A stretch of 64,000 nt of DNA from Candidatus Butyricicoccus avistercoris (GTDB taxonomy: Bacteria; Bacillota; Clostridia; Oscillospirales; Butyricicoccaceae). Location: contig DXIE01000026.1 in NCBI GenBank assembly GCA_019113005.1, forward strand, positions 15,760-79,759, read 5' to 3'. Under the pieces are notes generated by a model that saw nothing but the letters and a program-made list of their open reading frames with translations, had not been told where the DNA came from and searched no databases. Positions 1 to 7,691 of the stretch are shown here, one piece after another. Positions within the stretch are counted from its first letter, which is position 1, and each line of letters starts with the position of its first letter. The position numbers were made by a program, and so were the translations under genes.

Positions 1-209
1 TCAAGCTTACAAGCAAGCTGTACCTTAATGAGCTGTTGCCCAAGCTCATTAAATTCTGCCCTCAGCATTTCAGGCAGATAATCAGGAGCACGAATACGCT
101 TAGCATCACTGATTTGAAGTTCAGAATTTCTACGTTCTTCCTTTTCGGCTTTGGTCTGATGCGATTTCCCACGCATCTCAATTACTTTTTGCGGTAACTT
201 TCTAGGCAT
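1..209 (-). CDS. terS: Phage terminase small subunit, P27-like (5' part; truncated by window edge)
   Basis: Manual translation from ATG at 209 (RBS GAAGGGAG): MPRKLPQKVIEMRGKSHQTKAEKEERRNSELQISDAKRIRAPDYLPEMLRAEFNELGQQL; H-x-TKAE and APDYL pattern; directly downstream of HNH and the cos-like region. Confidence 0.75.
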   Translation of the reverse strand, partial: MPRKLPQKVIEMRGKSHQTKAEKEERRNSELQISDAKRIRAPDYLPEMLRAEFNELGQQLIKVQLACKL

Positions 210-239
210 ATCTCAATCACTCCCTTCAAAAAATCTCTG

Positions 240-330
240 TATTCGGAAAAAAATTCACACAGAGGAATGCCTACGGTATTGCACTCCAATTCCCGTTTTT
301 TTCTTTGGTGGGGGGTATATAGCACTCAAA
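240..330 (-). other. Probable cos / packaging-initiation region
   Basis: Lies between the HNH gene and terS; minus strand reads ATATACCCCCCCACC-AAAGAAAAAAA...ACCG...CTCTGTGTGAATTTTTTTCC, the C-run/A-run/T-run layout typical of HNH-assisted cos phages; exact cut site not determinable. Confidence 0.55.
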
Positions 331-362
331 ACGCACACGCATGTGTACACACACGCACACGC
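331..362. repeat. 32-nt perfectly alternating purine/pyrimidine tract
   Basis: ACGCACACGCATGTGTACACACACGCACACGC. Confidence 0.9.
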
Positions 363-378
363 CCGAGCGTTCTCGGTT

Positions 379-747
379 TTATATCCGTTTCGCTCTGATT
401 TTTTTTCGAGTTTCTTTGGCTGTCTTGCGACCATGGCAAGCAGCACATAAGCTCTGGTGATTGTCTGAGCTGATGAACAACTGCCAATCACCCTCAAACG
501 GAATGATATGGTCAACGTGTTCCGCCTTAGTTCGCACGCCATGCTTTGCACACTCACGACAAAAAGGCTCTCGCATTAACTGAGCTGGTCTGAGCTTGTC
601 TTTCCAGAGCTTAGTATTATACCAGTTGTGCCATTGTTTACTTTCCTCGCTACGGTTTTCCTTTGGTTTGTGCTTATCGCAGTAACCGCCACGAACCAGC
701 ACTGTACAGCTAGGGTGTCGGCAAGGTCTTAACGGTCTATTCATCAA
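379..747 (-). CDS. HNH endonuclease (cos-associated, gp74-like)
   Basis: CRHPSC...C..H N-terminus, FCREC, VDHIIP, N-HQSLCAACHGRKT motifs; position just upstream of terS. Confidence 0.9.
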   Translation of the reverse strand: MMNRPLRPCRHPSCTVLVRGGYCDKHKPKENRSEESKQWHNWYNTKLWKDKLRPAQLMREPFCRECAKHGVRTKAEHVDHIIPFEGDWQLFISSDNHQSLCAACHGRKTAKETRKKIRAKRI

Positions 748-943
748 GATATTTTTTCATAAGCCTGATGACATAAGCTGTATCAAAAATCATAGACTCA
801 GTACAGCATAGCTTGCGTCTAAGCGTGTATTTACGCTCGTTTCGCTTTGTAGAGTTTATTTCTGCTTTTAGCTTTTCTCTATGCTGCTTTAACTCATCAA
901 GTGTTTGCTGATACTCTTGCACAAGCTCTTGCATAGTAGACAT
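737..943 (-). CDS. Hypothetical phage protein (coiled coil)
   Basis: ORF track 737..1000; start moved to ATG 943 behind RBS GAAAGGGG. Confidence 0.6.
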   Translation of the reverse strand: MSTMQELVQEYQQTLDELKQHREKLKAEINSTKRNERKYTLRRKLCCTESMIFDTAYVIRLMKKYLDE

Positions 944-964
944 CAGGCATTTCCCCCTTTCAGG

Positions 965-1023
965 CAAAATAAAAAGTGCCATAGCAAAACTACCGCACAA
1001 ACGGTAATTCTAGCTATGGCACT
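965..1023 (-). terminator. Long-stem intrinsic terminator at the end of the early/middle operon
   Basis: Outer stem AGTGCCATAGC (975-985) / GCTATGGCACT (1013-1023) is perfect, with a further inner stem; followed on the minus strand by TTTTATTTT. Confidence 0.8.
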
Positions 1024-1234
1024 GGCTCTCCAGCTCGGGCTTTCGCTCTCCGCACGAACTCTGCACTGGCTCTCCAGCTCGGGCATGATGTTCGTCGATA
1101 TTCAAAATTGCATCTAGCTTACATTTTCGGCAGTATATCGGAAAATTTTTCACAACTGTACTTTCTAGCAGAAATGTCAATCTACTTCCACATTTCGGAC
1201 ATACTAACCAATATCTCTGGTTTCCATTATACAC
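1010..1234 (-). CDS. Cys-rich KTR-type zinc-ribbon protein
   Basis: WLVCPKCG...STVVKNFPIYCRKCK matches the W-x2-CPxCG...DTxLKNFPLYCPKC pattern of Cys_rich_KTR peptides. Confidence 0.7.
   Translation of the reverse strand: MYNGNQRYWLVCPKCGSRLTFLLESTVVKNFPIYCRKCKLDAILNIDEHHARAGEPVQSSCGERKPELESQCHS
1019..1084. repeat. Two exact 22-bp direct repeats separated by 22 bp
   Basis: GCACTGGCTCTCCAGCTCGGGC at 1019-1040 and 1063-1084. Confidence 0.95.
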
Positions 1235-1280
1235 TTATTTTTTCCTCCTGTCTATTCTGTTTTACGACCGCCCGCACTTT

Positions 1281-2084
1281 CTACAATCTATGTTCATTAT
1301 ATATACATGGTTTCAAGTCCGAAATAAAAGAAACCTTATTTTGTTTTTTCTTTCTTGACGGTCTACAAGGTCTATCAATAGATGTATCAGACAACATATA
1401 TTTCAAATATTTATATGCTCCAAACTCATTTTGTTCTGAGCTAGATTCTAATACATAAGCTCCTGCTGGTGGCTCAAGAAAAACTCTGTCATCAACCCAA
1501 TCAGATGACTGTTTAGGTTTATCCAAATTCTTTGATGGTGTCCACATTCGCTTACCATTTGATGTGCCAGCCTCTTTAGGCTCTTTTGCAAGATACTCAG
1601 CTAGAGCTTTATAATTTCTAACATCTATATTTTCTATTTCAATCATATCACCATAACGCCATAATGATTTTATAATATCAAAATCATTCTCTGTGCTATT
1701 TATTACAATATGATGATGATAGCGACCTTCCGAATGTTTATTCTCGGTTACATACAAATATTTAAGTTCTTGATTATGCTTTTTCCTGTGATTGCGTAAA
1801 TCACGGATAAACTGTCTTAAACATTTAACAGCATTTTGCCTTGTATCTGGTAAATCAATGTCACGATATGTAAGAGTTATAAATAAATCCTTACCAGTAA
1901 AATTAGCAGCTAAAATAAATTCCAACATTCTACAAGCAGCTTTTAAGTTCTGCCAACTTCTAGCTTTTGTGCTGATTTTAGTTTTAGCTTGCCTTACATG
2001 CTCTTTATCTTTTGGATAAGCAGCAGTATATATAATTTCTGAAACTAATCTACCAGCAATAATAGTTTTCCTGCGTTTAGCCAA
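1281..2084 (-). CDS. HUH-superfamily rolling-circle replication-type protein
   Basis: Motif I FITLTY, motif II RYHHHIVIN, motif III LAEYLAKE (YxxK), in the correct order. Confidence 0.8.
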   Translation of the reverse strand: MAKRRKTIIAGRLVSEIIYTAAYPKDKEHVRQAKTKISTKARSWQNLKAACRMLEFILAANFTGKDLFITLTYRDIDLPDTRQNAVKCLRQFIRDLRNHRKKHNQELKYLYVTENKHSEGRYHHHIVINSTENDFDIIKSLWRYGDMIEIENIDVRNYKALAEYLAKEPKEAGTSNGKRMWTPSKNLDKPKQSSDWVDDRVFLEPPAGAYVLESSSEQNEFGAYKYLKYMLSDTSIDRPCRPSRKKKQNKVSFISDLKPCIYNEHRL

Positions 2085-2101
2085 AATTGTTCACCTCTTT
2101 A

Positions 2102-2126
2102 AAATGTGTTCAAATTGAACACATTT
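2102..2126. repeat. Palindrome copy 1 (core GTGTTCAAATTGAACAC 2106-2122, extends to 25 bp)
   Basis: AAATGTGTTCAA-A-TTGAACACATTT between the MazG-like stop and the RBS of rep. Confidence 0.95.
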
Positions 2127-2394
2127 ATTTTTTCATTCTAGCAAGCTGTCTGTTGAGTTTATTTTCCATTGTAGAAATAATTTCGCTTTTGTCAATATGC
2201 ATTAAATACTGCATCTGCTCAAGCATAATAGTTACATCTGCCATTTCTTCGATTACAGCCTTTCTTCCACCCTCACCAGAAAGCAATTTACACATAGCAG
2301 AAGAAAGCTCAGAAGCCTCTTCTGCTAATTTTAAGCCTTGATTTCTAAAGCCATAATGTTTTGCAATTTTTTTAATATCTTTATAATGGTTCAT
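2125..2394 (-). CDS. MazG-like / NTP pyrophosphohydrolase
   Basis: KLAEEASEL...VIEEMADV (EExxE...EExxD all-alpha NTP-PPase motif). Confidence 0.75.
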   Translation of the reverse strand: MNHYKDIKKIAKHYGFRNQGLKLAEEASELSSAMCKLLSGEGGRKAVIEEMADVTIMLEQMQYLMHIDKSEIISTMENKLNRQLARMKK

Positions 2395-2716
2395 TTTCTT
2401 TCACTACTTTCTTAACAAGTTCATTGTATTCTTCTATCCACTCAATAGGGATTTCTTTTTTATCAAAAAAATATCTATTTACAGCATCATGAATATCAAC
2501 TAAGCGGATATTATTCAAAATATTTTTAGGCATTAAACCAAGAGGCGGTTTTTTTATCTGTGTTTTATCTTCCTCATCTGAAATAGGAATTTCAAAAGTT
2601 AATTCACTCATATCAGGTTCTAAATAAAACTCTATGTTAAGCACTACATCTTTTGATTTATCTCTAAATCCTAACTTTCTTTTTATAGCATTAAAAACCT
2701 TTTTAAACTTCTTCAT
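2381..2716 (-). CDS. Hypothetical phage protein
   Basis: ORF track; overlaps neighbours in operon fashion. Confidence 0.6.
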   Translation of the reverse strand: MKKFKKVFNAIKRKLGFRDKSKDVVLNIEFYLEPDMSELTFEIPISDEEDKTQIKKPPLGLMPKNILNNIRLVDIHDAVNRYFFDKKEIPIEWIEEYNELVKKVVKENEPL

Positions 2717-3149
2717 GTTCTTTCACCTGTTCCAAGTAACGTTTATGAGCTGCTTTCATTTCATCTTCATAAAGATAATCAATTTTTGTATCAGTAATTT
2801 GTTCAACTTTCATTCTTAGCTTTTCATCAGCGTATTCTTCATCATTATCAGTTTTCATTTTCTGATATTCCTTTGAAATTGAAAGCAAAGAATTTATAAA
2901 AGGTTGTATTCTCTTACTACCAAAACCATAAGCATCATTAACAGCAACGATTGCAAGCCAAAGAGCTTTTTGGTTCGACCTGTCAATTTTTATTTTCAGG
3001 GCAATATCTGTTGAAGTTTTTTCTACTCCTTCATAAACTAACTTACGTTTTGTAAGTTCGTCCATCAAAGTCATTCTTGCTGATCTGCCATGATGTTTAA
3101 ATTTTCTCTTTTTGCTTTTCGACATACCAGTTCCGCTCCCAATATTCAC
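2703..3149 (-). CDS. Hypothetical phage protein
   Basis: ORF track; LAIVAVNDAYGFGSKRIQPF segment resembles a common Clostridial phage family; start uncertain. Confidence 0.6.
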   Translation of the reverse strand: MNIGSGTGMSKSKKRKFKHHGRSARMTLMDELTKRKLVYEGVEKTSTDIALKIKIDRSNQKALWLAIVAVNDAYGFGSKRIQPFINSLLSISKEYQKMKTDNDEEYADEKLRMKVEQITDTKIDYLYEDEMKAAHKRYLEQVKEHEEV

Positions 3150-3528
3150 AATTTTCCCTTAAATCCCTATGTTTTAACTTATCACAAATACACTCACTTG
3201 TAATTCTTCCATCAGAAATATGTAGCATTCCTTGCTGTAAGTGTTTACAGCACAAACACTTTCCTTTTAGTTGTGATGTTGCAATATCAAGCTCAGATTT
3301 TACTTTCATAAGCTCATTCATAAGTTTGTTTTCAGTTGATTCATCTTTATCACCTGCAAACTGACTTAGTAACTCCATAACTTCACAACTTTGCTTTGAT
3401 TTTTTAAGTTCATCTATTGCTTGATTTATAATTGCACAGCCTTTGATTGTACAATTATGCTCATATCCGCAACCAAGACATTTATGTTTATCTGTTTTTA
3501 TGCGGTTTAATTCTTTTATAATATCCAT
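3097..3528 (-). CDS. Hypothetical Cys-rich phage protein
   Basis: ORF track; CLGCGYEHNC and CLCCKH clusters. Confidence 0.6.
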   Translation of the reverse strand: MDIIKELNRIKTDKHKCLGCGYEHNCTIKGCAIINQAIDELKKSKQSCEVMELLSQFAGDKDESTENKLMNELMKVKSELDIATSQLKGKCLCCKHLQQGMLHISDGRITSECICDKLKHRDLRENCEYWERNWYVEKQKEKI

Positions 3529-3544
3529 TGCTTAAACCTCAAAT

Positions 3545-3682
3545 TTACTTATTATTCTTGCACTCACTGCAAGGTGATTTATAACAAGGTGTACCTGAAT
3601 AACAACAATTCAAACAATCTTTTATAATTGATTGTTTTTTATCTAAACTTGAAACTTCCCATTTAAGTTTTATATTTTCCAT
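3545..3682 (-). CDS. Small Cys-rich hypothetical protein (45 aa)
   Basis: Manual translation MENIKLKWEVSSLDKKQSIIKDCLNCCYSGTPCYKSPCSECKNNK; fills an operon gap. Confidence 0.45.
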   Translation of the reverse strand: MENIKLKWEVSSLDKKQSIIKDCLNCCYSGTPCYKSPCSECKNNK

Positions 3683-3686
3683 TACT

Positions 3687-3839
3687 TTAACCCCTAAATA
3701 TATTATCTTTTTTATTTGTCAAACTAACTTTTAAACTCATTTTCCTGTGTGGACAATATTTCATGCGTTCTGGTCTACGCATAGCACTTTCGCATACACC
3801 AAACTTATTAAGCATCACACACCCCATAAAACACTGCAT
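3687..3839 (-). CDS. Small hypothetical protein (50 aa)
   Basis: Manual translation MQCFMGCVMLNKFGVCESAMRRPERMKYCPHRKMSLKVSLTNKKDNIFRG, RBS AGAGG. Confidence 0.4.
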   Translation of the reverse strand: MQCFMGCVMLNKFGVCESAMRRPERMKYCPHRKMSLKVSLTNKKDNIFRG

Positions 3840-3848
3840 AATAAACCT

Positions 3849-4109
3849 CTATTTATCATTACACTGCTTAATAATAATTTTCTTTTTATCTTTTATAATA
3901 TTCAGCATTAAAAACTCCTGTTCTCTCTGAAGTTCATCACCATGTATTGCAAAATAATTTAACAGTGCCAAAACTCCATTTTTATTCCACATATGTAGTC
4001 CTGTTAAACCATTAGCATTTAAAAACCATTTGTGAACATCTCTCAATGCTTGTATATAGCCTTCATTGTAAAGAATATCTAGTTTATCGCTCCAGTGTTG
4101 TTTTGTCAA
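3849..4109 (-). CDS. Hypothetical phage protein
   Basis: ORF track; 4-nt overlap with ssb stop. Confidence 0.6.
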   Translation of the reverse strand: MTKQHWSDKLDILYNEGYIQALRDVHKWFLNANGLTGLHMWNKNGVLALLNYFAIHGDELQREQEFLMLNIIKDKKKIIIKQCNDK

Positions 4110-4537
4110 AATGGCACATCTCCCTCATCGTCCAATTCAGTGAAATTGGGTTCAATGTTTGGTGCATAACTTGGCACTTGATAATTGGGTTCTGTTTGAC
4201 CGTTAGCCTCACGAGATTTTTTAGTTTCACCAAAGCTAATCTCATTTACATTTACCTCAATGGCAGTACGTTTGTTTCCGTTTTTATCCTTCCAGTTGCG
4301 TGACTGAATACGACCCTCAACAATAGCCATCATACCCTTGGTAAACCACTGTCTTATAAAATCTGCTTTTTGACCCCAAGCAGTACAATTTATAAAATCT
4401 GTTGTTTTTTCACCATTTGCAGTCTTAACATTACGGTCAATAGCCAGTGTGAAAGTACACACTGGCATATTATTATTTATATATTTGTGTTCAGGGTCAC
4501 GAGTTAAACGCCCCATCAGAATTGCTTTATTTAGCAT
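4106..4537 (-). CDS. ssb: Single-stranded DNA-binding protein
   Basis: MLNKAILMGRLTRDPE...TDFINCTAWG...VEGRIQSRNW; acidic C-terminal tail DDEGDVPF; start corrected to 4537. Confidence 0.95.
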   Translation of the reverse strand: MLNKAILMGRLTRDPEHKYINNNMPVCTFTLAIDRNVKTANGEKTTDFINCTAWGQKADFIRQWFTKGMMAIVEGRIQSRNWKDKNGNKRTAIEVNVNEISFGETKKSREANGQTEPNYQVPSYAPNIEPNFTELDDEGDVPF

Positions 4538-4553
4538 TTTATAAATCTTCCTT

Positions 4554-5435
4554 TCATGGTGCTTGAATTTCACACCAACATTGAGCTTCCCAAGAGAATA
4601 CAAAATAATCAAAATTGCCAAAAACGACCCTATACTCCCAATTCTCAAATTTATCTTTCCTAGCTAAAAGCATATTGCAAGGCTTTTTCGGTTTATCTCT
4701 TACTGGTTTCCACCACCAAGCTGGCACTGGCATTTCTTCAATTTCATCTACATCAATTTCAACTTCCTGAAATTGTTTTAATTCTTTTGCTGTTGGTGCT
4801 TTTTCTTCTTTTTTGCACTTTTCAGTGAAAGCCTTTTGTTTTTGCTCTGGCATTTTTGACATTTCATAAGCTACTGATGGAGATAATTCTCCATCAGTAA
4901 GCATTTCCTTACCCTCATTGGATAAGTTCTTTTCAATGGCTTGCATTTTTCCAATTTCGCTTGGACTTTCCTTGGTTATCTCCGCGATTTTATCCCTTAA
5001 TCGTCCATTAAATTTAAAACCTTTTTCTTTAAGAGATATCAAAGCCTCTTTAGTGCGTTTAACAGCCTCAACACGCTCAGCATAAGTTAATTCTCGTGTT
5101 TGAGTGTTAGTCTGTATCAGAGCTAGTGTTTCAAGCTCCGAATTAGCTTGACTAGATATAATACAAGGTACAGTTTCCCAGCCTAAACTTTTTATAGCTG
5201 CAAAACGTCTATGTCCCGCTATTAAAAGATAACCGTTACTACTTTTTGTAACTACTAAAGGCTGTTGAAGTCCAATAAGCTCAATACTTTCTGCAAGCTC
5301 ATCAACATTAGCAACTTCAAAGAAGTTTTCATCATTTGTTTTAATCTGAGAGCATTTAATATTTACAATTTCCAATGTGTTCAAATTGAACACATCTTCA
5401 TCTTTGAGTATTGCAGCAAGGTCAAATTTACTCAT
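4554..5435 (-). CDS. parB: ParB/RepB/Spo0J-family partition protein
   Basis: ELAESIELIGLQQPLVV...LIAGHRRFAA (GxxRxxA CTPase motif), followed by an HTH region. Confidence 0.9.
   Translation of the reverse strand: MSKFDLAAILKDEDVFNLNTLEIVNIKCSQIKTNDENFFEVANVDELAESIELIGLQQPLVVTKSSNGYLLIAGHRRFAAIKSLGWETVPCIISSQANSELETLALIQTNTQTRELTYAERVEAVKRTKEALISLKEKGFKFNGRLRDKIAEITKESPSEIGKMQAIEKNLSNEGKEMLTDGELSPSVAYEMSKMPEQKQKAFTEKCKKEEKAPTAKELKQFQEVEIDVDEIEEMPVPAWWWKPVRDKPKKPCNMLLARKDKFENWEYRVVFGNFDYFVFSWEAQCWCEIQAP
5377..5393. repeat. Palindrome copy 2, inside the 5' end of parB
   Basis: GTGTTCAAATTGAACAC; on the minus strand it encodes VFNLNT of ParB. Confidence 0.95.
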
Positions 5436-6195
5436 TACTTACACCCTCCAAATACTCATCAACAAATTTGCGGTATGTTCTGGCAGCCCAACAGTTTGGC
5501 GACCAGCTTATACAGCTTTCATTTGCATAAGCACTTTCGCCCACGCCATTAGAACGCCATATCATATTTTCAAAAATCTTTACTGGTAAATGTTTTCTGA
5601 AATAATCTGCACCTTGCATACAAAGTTCATCTTTTCTAAATTGAGTTATAAGCACCCCTGCAACATTTACATCTGGGTTAATTGCTTTCATACCGTTAAT
5701 TTGCTTTAAGAGGTTTTTAACTCCCTCTTGTTCGTAAACACCAACCGTAGTTGGAATTACTATATCATCAGCTGCACAAATAGCAGCAGCACAAGCAGCC
5801 GAAAAGCTAGGCGGACAATCTATAATCACAAAATCATAAGCATTGCCATCTCTTAAATTATTGCAAAAATCTAAAATTGCACTGTGATTTACCATACCAC
5901 TACGCAGAGTAGATAAATCCATTTTCATCAAATCAATAGAACTAGGAATTATATTTACATTCCTCAAGTATGTATGCTGAATTAAAAAACAGTTTTCCTT
6001 TATTTTGCCCTCTAACAAGTCGCACAAAGTAAAGCCATCAGTTACTGCTTTCATGTGCATGCTGAGATTATACTGACTATCAGCATCAATCAGTAAAACT
6101 CTTTTATCACGCTCAGCCAATATTGCAGCTGTATTTATTGCGGTTGTGGTCTTGCCAACACCGCCTTTTAAATTAACTATTGCTAAAACTTTCAT
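5428..6195 (-). CDS. parA: ParA/Soj-family ATPase
   Basis: Deviant Walker A KGGVGKTT, IDADSQ, IIDCPPS. Confidence 0.92.
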   Translation of the reverse strand: MKVLAIVNLKGGVGKTTTAINTAAILAERDKRVLLIDADSQYNLSMHMKAVTDGFTLCDLLEGKIKENCFLIQHTYLRNVNIIPSSIDLMKMDLSTLRSGMVNHSAILDFCNNLRDGNAYDFVIIDCPPSFSAACAAAICAADDIVIPTTVGVYEQEGVKNLLKQINGMKAINPDVNVAGVLITQFRKDELCMQGADYFRKHLPVKIFENMIWRSNGVGESAYANESCISWSPNCWAARTYRKFVDEYLEGVSNE

Positions 6196-6213
6196 AAAAA
6201 TCTAACCTCTTTT

Positions 6214-6369
6214 TTATACAGATAATTTTCCATTTATTATTTTTTGAGCTTCTTTGTACTTTTTAGTACCCATACATGTGTTAAAAGTAAACTCAATAAC
6301 TACAAAACGTTTTTCAGGGTGAACCCAGATTATATTTCCTGTCTTTCCTTTGATTTCTATAGTTTTCAT
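6214..6369 (-). CDS. Small hypothetical protein (51 aa)
   Basis: Manual translation MKTIEIKGKTGNIIWVHPEKRFVVIEFTFNTCMGTKKYKEAQKIINGKLSV; start overlaps the dnaB stop. Confidence 0.55.
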   Translation of the reverse strand: MKTIEIKGKTGNIIWVHPEKRFVVIEFTFNTCMGTKKYKEAQKIINGKLSV

Positions 6370-7691
6370 TATGCACCTGTTACAAATTTTTGTTGGACTA
6401 CTTTATCAAACTCATTTTCAATTTCAATAAAATAAACCCAGTCCTCTATAAATCTTTGATGTTTACCATCAAAGAACATTTTAAACTTTCCTGTCCTGCC
6501 CTCTTTTGCTTTAGCAATTTTAAGCCAACGGAGAGCATCTTGATTTTCAATATCATCAGGATTTTTCAGTTCATCATCATTAGGAATATATAGGAACAGG
6601 ATAACGTTTGCATCTTGTTCTATCTGACCTGATGAACGTAAGTCTGATGGGTCAGGCTCTTCATATTTTGTTATGTTACGGTTAAGCTGAGAAAGAGCTA
6701 CAACTGTAACATCAAGCTCAGTTGCAATATTTTTTAAAGCTGTTGAAGCATATGTTACACGCTCATATTCGCTATATTTTTTATTTGCATTTTGTATTAG
6801 TTGCAAATAATCAATAAAAACTATATCCAGTCTATCTTTGACAATATCACTTCTAATCTGCTCTGAAGTATAACCAGAAGCCTCATAGATTTTAAAATTT
6901 AGTTTTTTTCTTGCTGCACAGATTATATGCTCTACTTCTAACGGAGTTAAATTTCCGTCTTGAAGTTTTTCAAGAGCAACGCCAGCACTGGCAGCATTTA
7001 TTCTATCCATAATGGTTCGCCTATCAGTTTCCAATGAAAAGAAACCAACTCGGCAAAACTCACCTAAATGTCTACAAAACTGTAATGCCATAGCAGTTTT
7101 ACCAACACTAGGTCTAGCAGCTAAAACCACTAAGCCGTTTTTAGGACATCTAGCAGTTCTATTTAATTTATCAATACCAAAATCAACGAATTTTCGTGGA
7201 ACACCTAAGTTTTGAATGTACTCAACTTGTAATTCATTGTAGTCAAATACATTCTTTCGCTTTTTATTGCTAAGAATATTTACTAAGTTTTCAGCTTTTG
7301 TTCTTAATTCTTCAATATCCGTAAACATTGAAGTATCCAGCTTTATCTGTTCCATAAATTCTCTGGCATGATAAATAGCCGCTGAATTTTTGACCATTTC
7401 CCATACATCAAGCCACATAACAGCAGATGGAGTAAAATCCACCATAGCTTTACATTCTTTAAAAATATAATCTGATGTTTTACTACCAATGGTTTGAGGA
7501 GTGATTTCACTATCCTCGTTAAAGAGTTTTCTTGCAGTGTTAAAAATTAGCCTATGACTTTCAAAGATAAAATCCTTTTCTGTCATTCGCAAAATAATTT
7601 CGGCTGCTGCCTGTTTGTCTTGCAACATGCAACCAATCAGAATATGGCATGATTCAAGATAAGCATCACTGATAAAATATTCGTTGCTCAT
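6369..7691 (-). CDS. dnaB: Phage DnaB-like replicative helicase
   Basis: AARPSVGKT Walker A, FFSLE, VFIDYLQL, LSQLNR, DLRSSGQIEQDA. Confidence 0.93.
   Translation of the reverse strand: MSNEYFISDAYLESCHILIGCMLQDKQAAAEIILRMTEKDFIFESHRLIFNTARKLFNEDSEITPQTIGSKTSDYIFKECKAMVDFTPSAVMWLDVWEMVKNSAAIYHAREFMEQIKLDTSMFTDIEELRTKAENLVNILSNKKRKNVFDYNELQVEYIQNLGVPRKFVDFGIDKLNRTARCPKNGLVVLAARPSVGKTAMALQFCRHLGEFCRVGFFSLETDRRTIMDRINAASAGVALEKLQDGNLTPLEVEHIICAARKKLNFKIYEASGYTSEQIRSDIVKDRLDIVFIDYLQLIQNANKKYSEYERVTYASTALKNIATELDVTVVALSQLNRNITKYEEPDPSDLRSSGQIEQDANVILFLYIPNDDELKNPDDIENQDALRWLKIAKAKEGRTGKFKMFFDGKHQRFIEDWVYFIEIENEFDKVVQQKFVTGA

Noticed and set aside
255-557. Minus-strand 100-aa ORF across the cos region, and the many short opposite-strand ORFs in the track (for example 905..1117, 1108..1458, 5265..5552, 18279..18689, 35201..35533, 57025..57336)
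   Set aside because: They overlap well-supported genes or regulatory DNA, lack RBS and recognisable motifs, and are treated as shadow ORFs.
1019-1084. Repeat-spacer-repeat as a mini CRISPR array
   Set aside because: Only two 22-bp units, inside a coding region, and no cas genes in the window.
4538-4648. N-terminal hydrophobic extension of SSB in the ORF track
   Set aside because: It overlaps parB; the canonical SSB start MLNKAIL with an RBS is at 4537.
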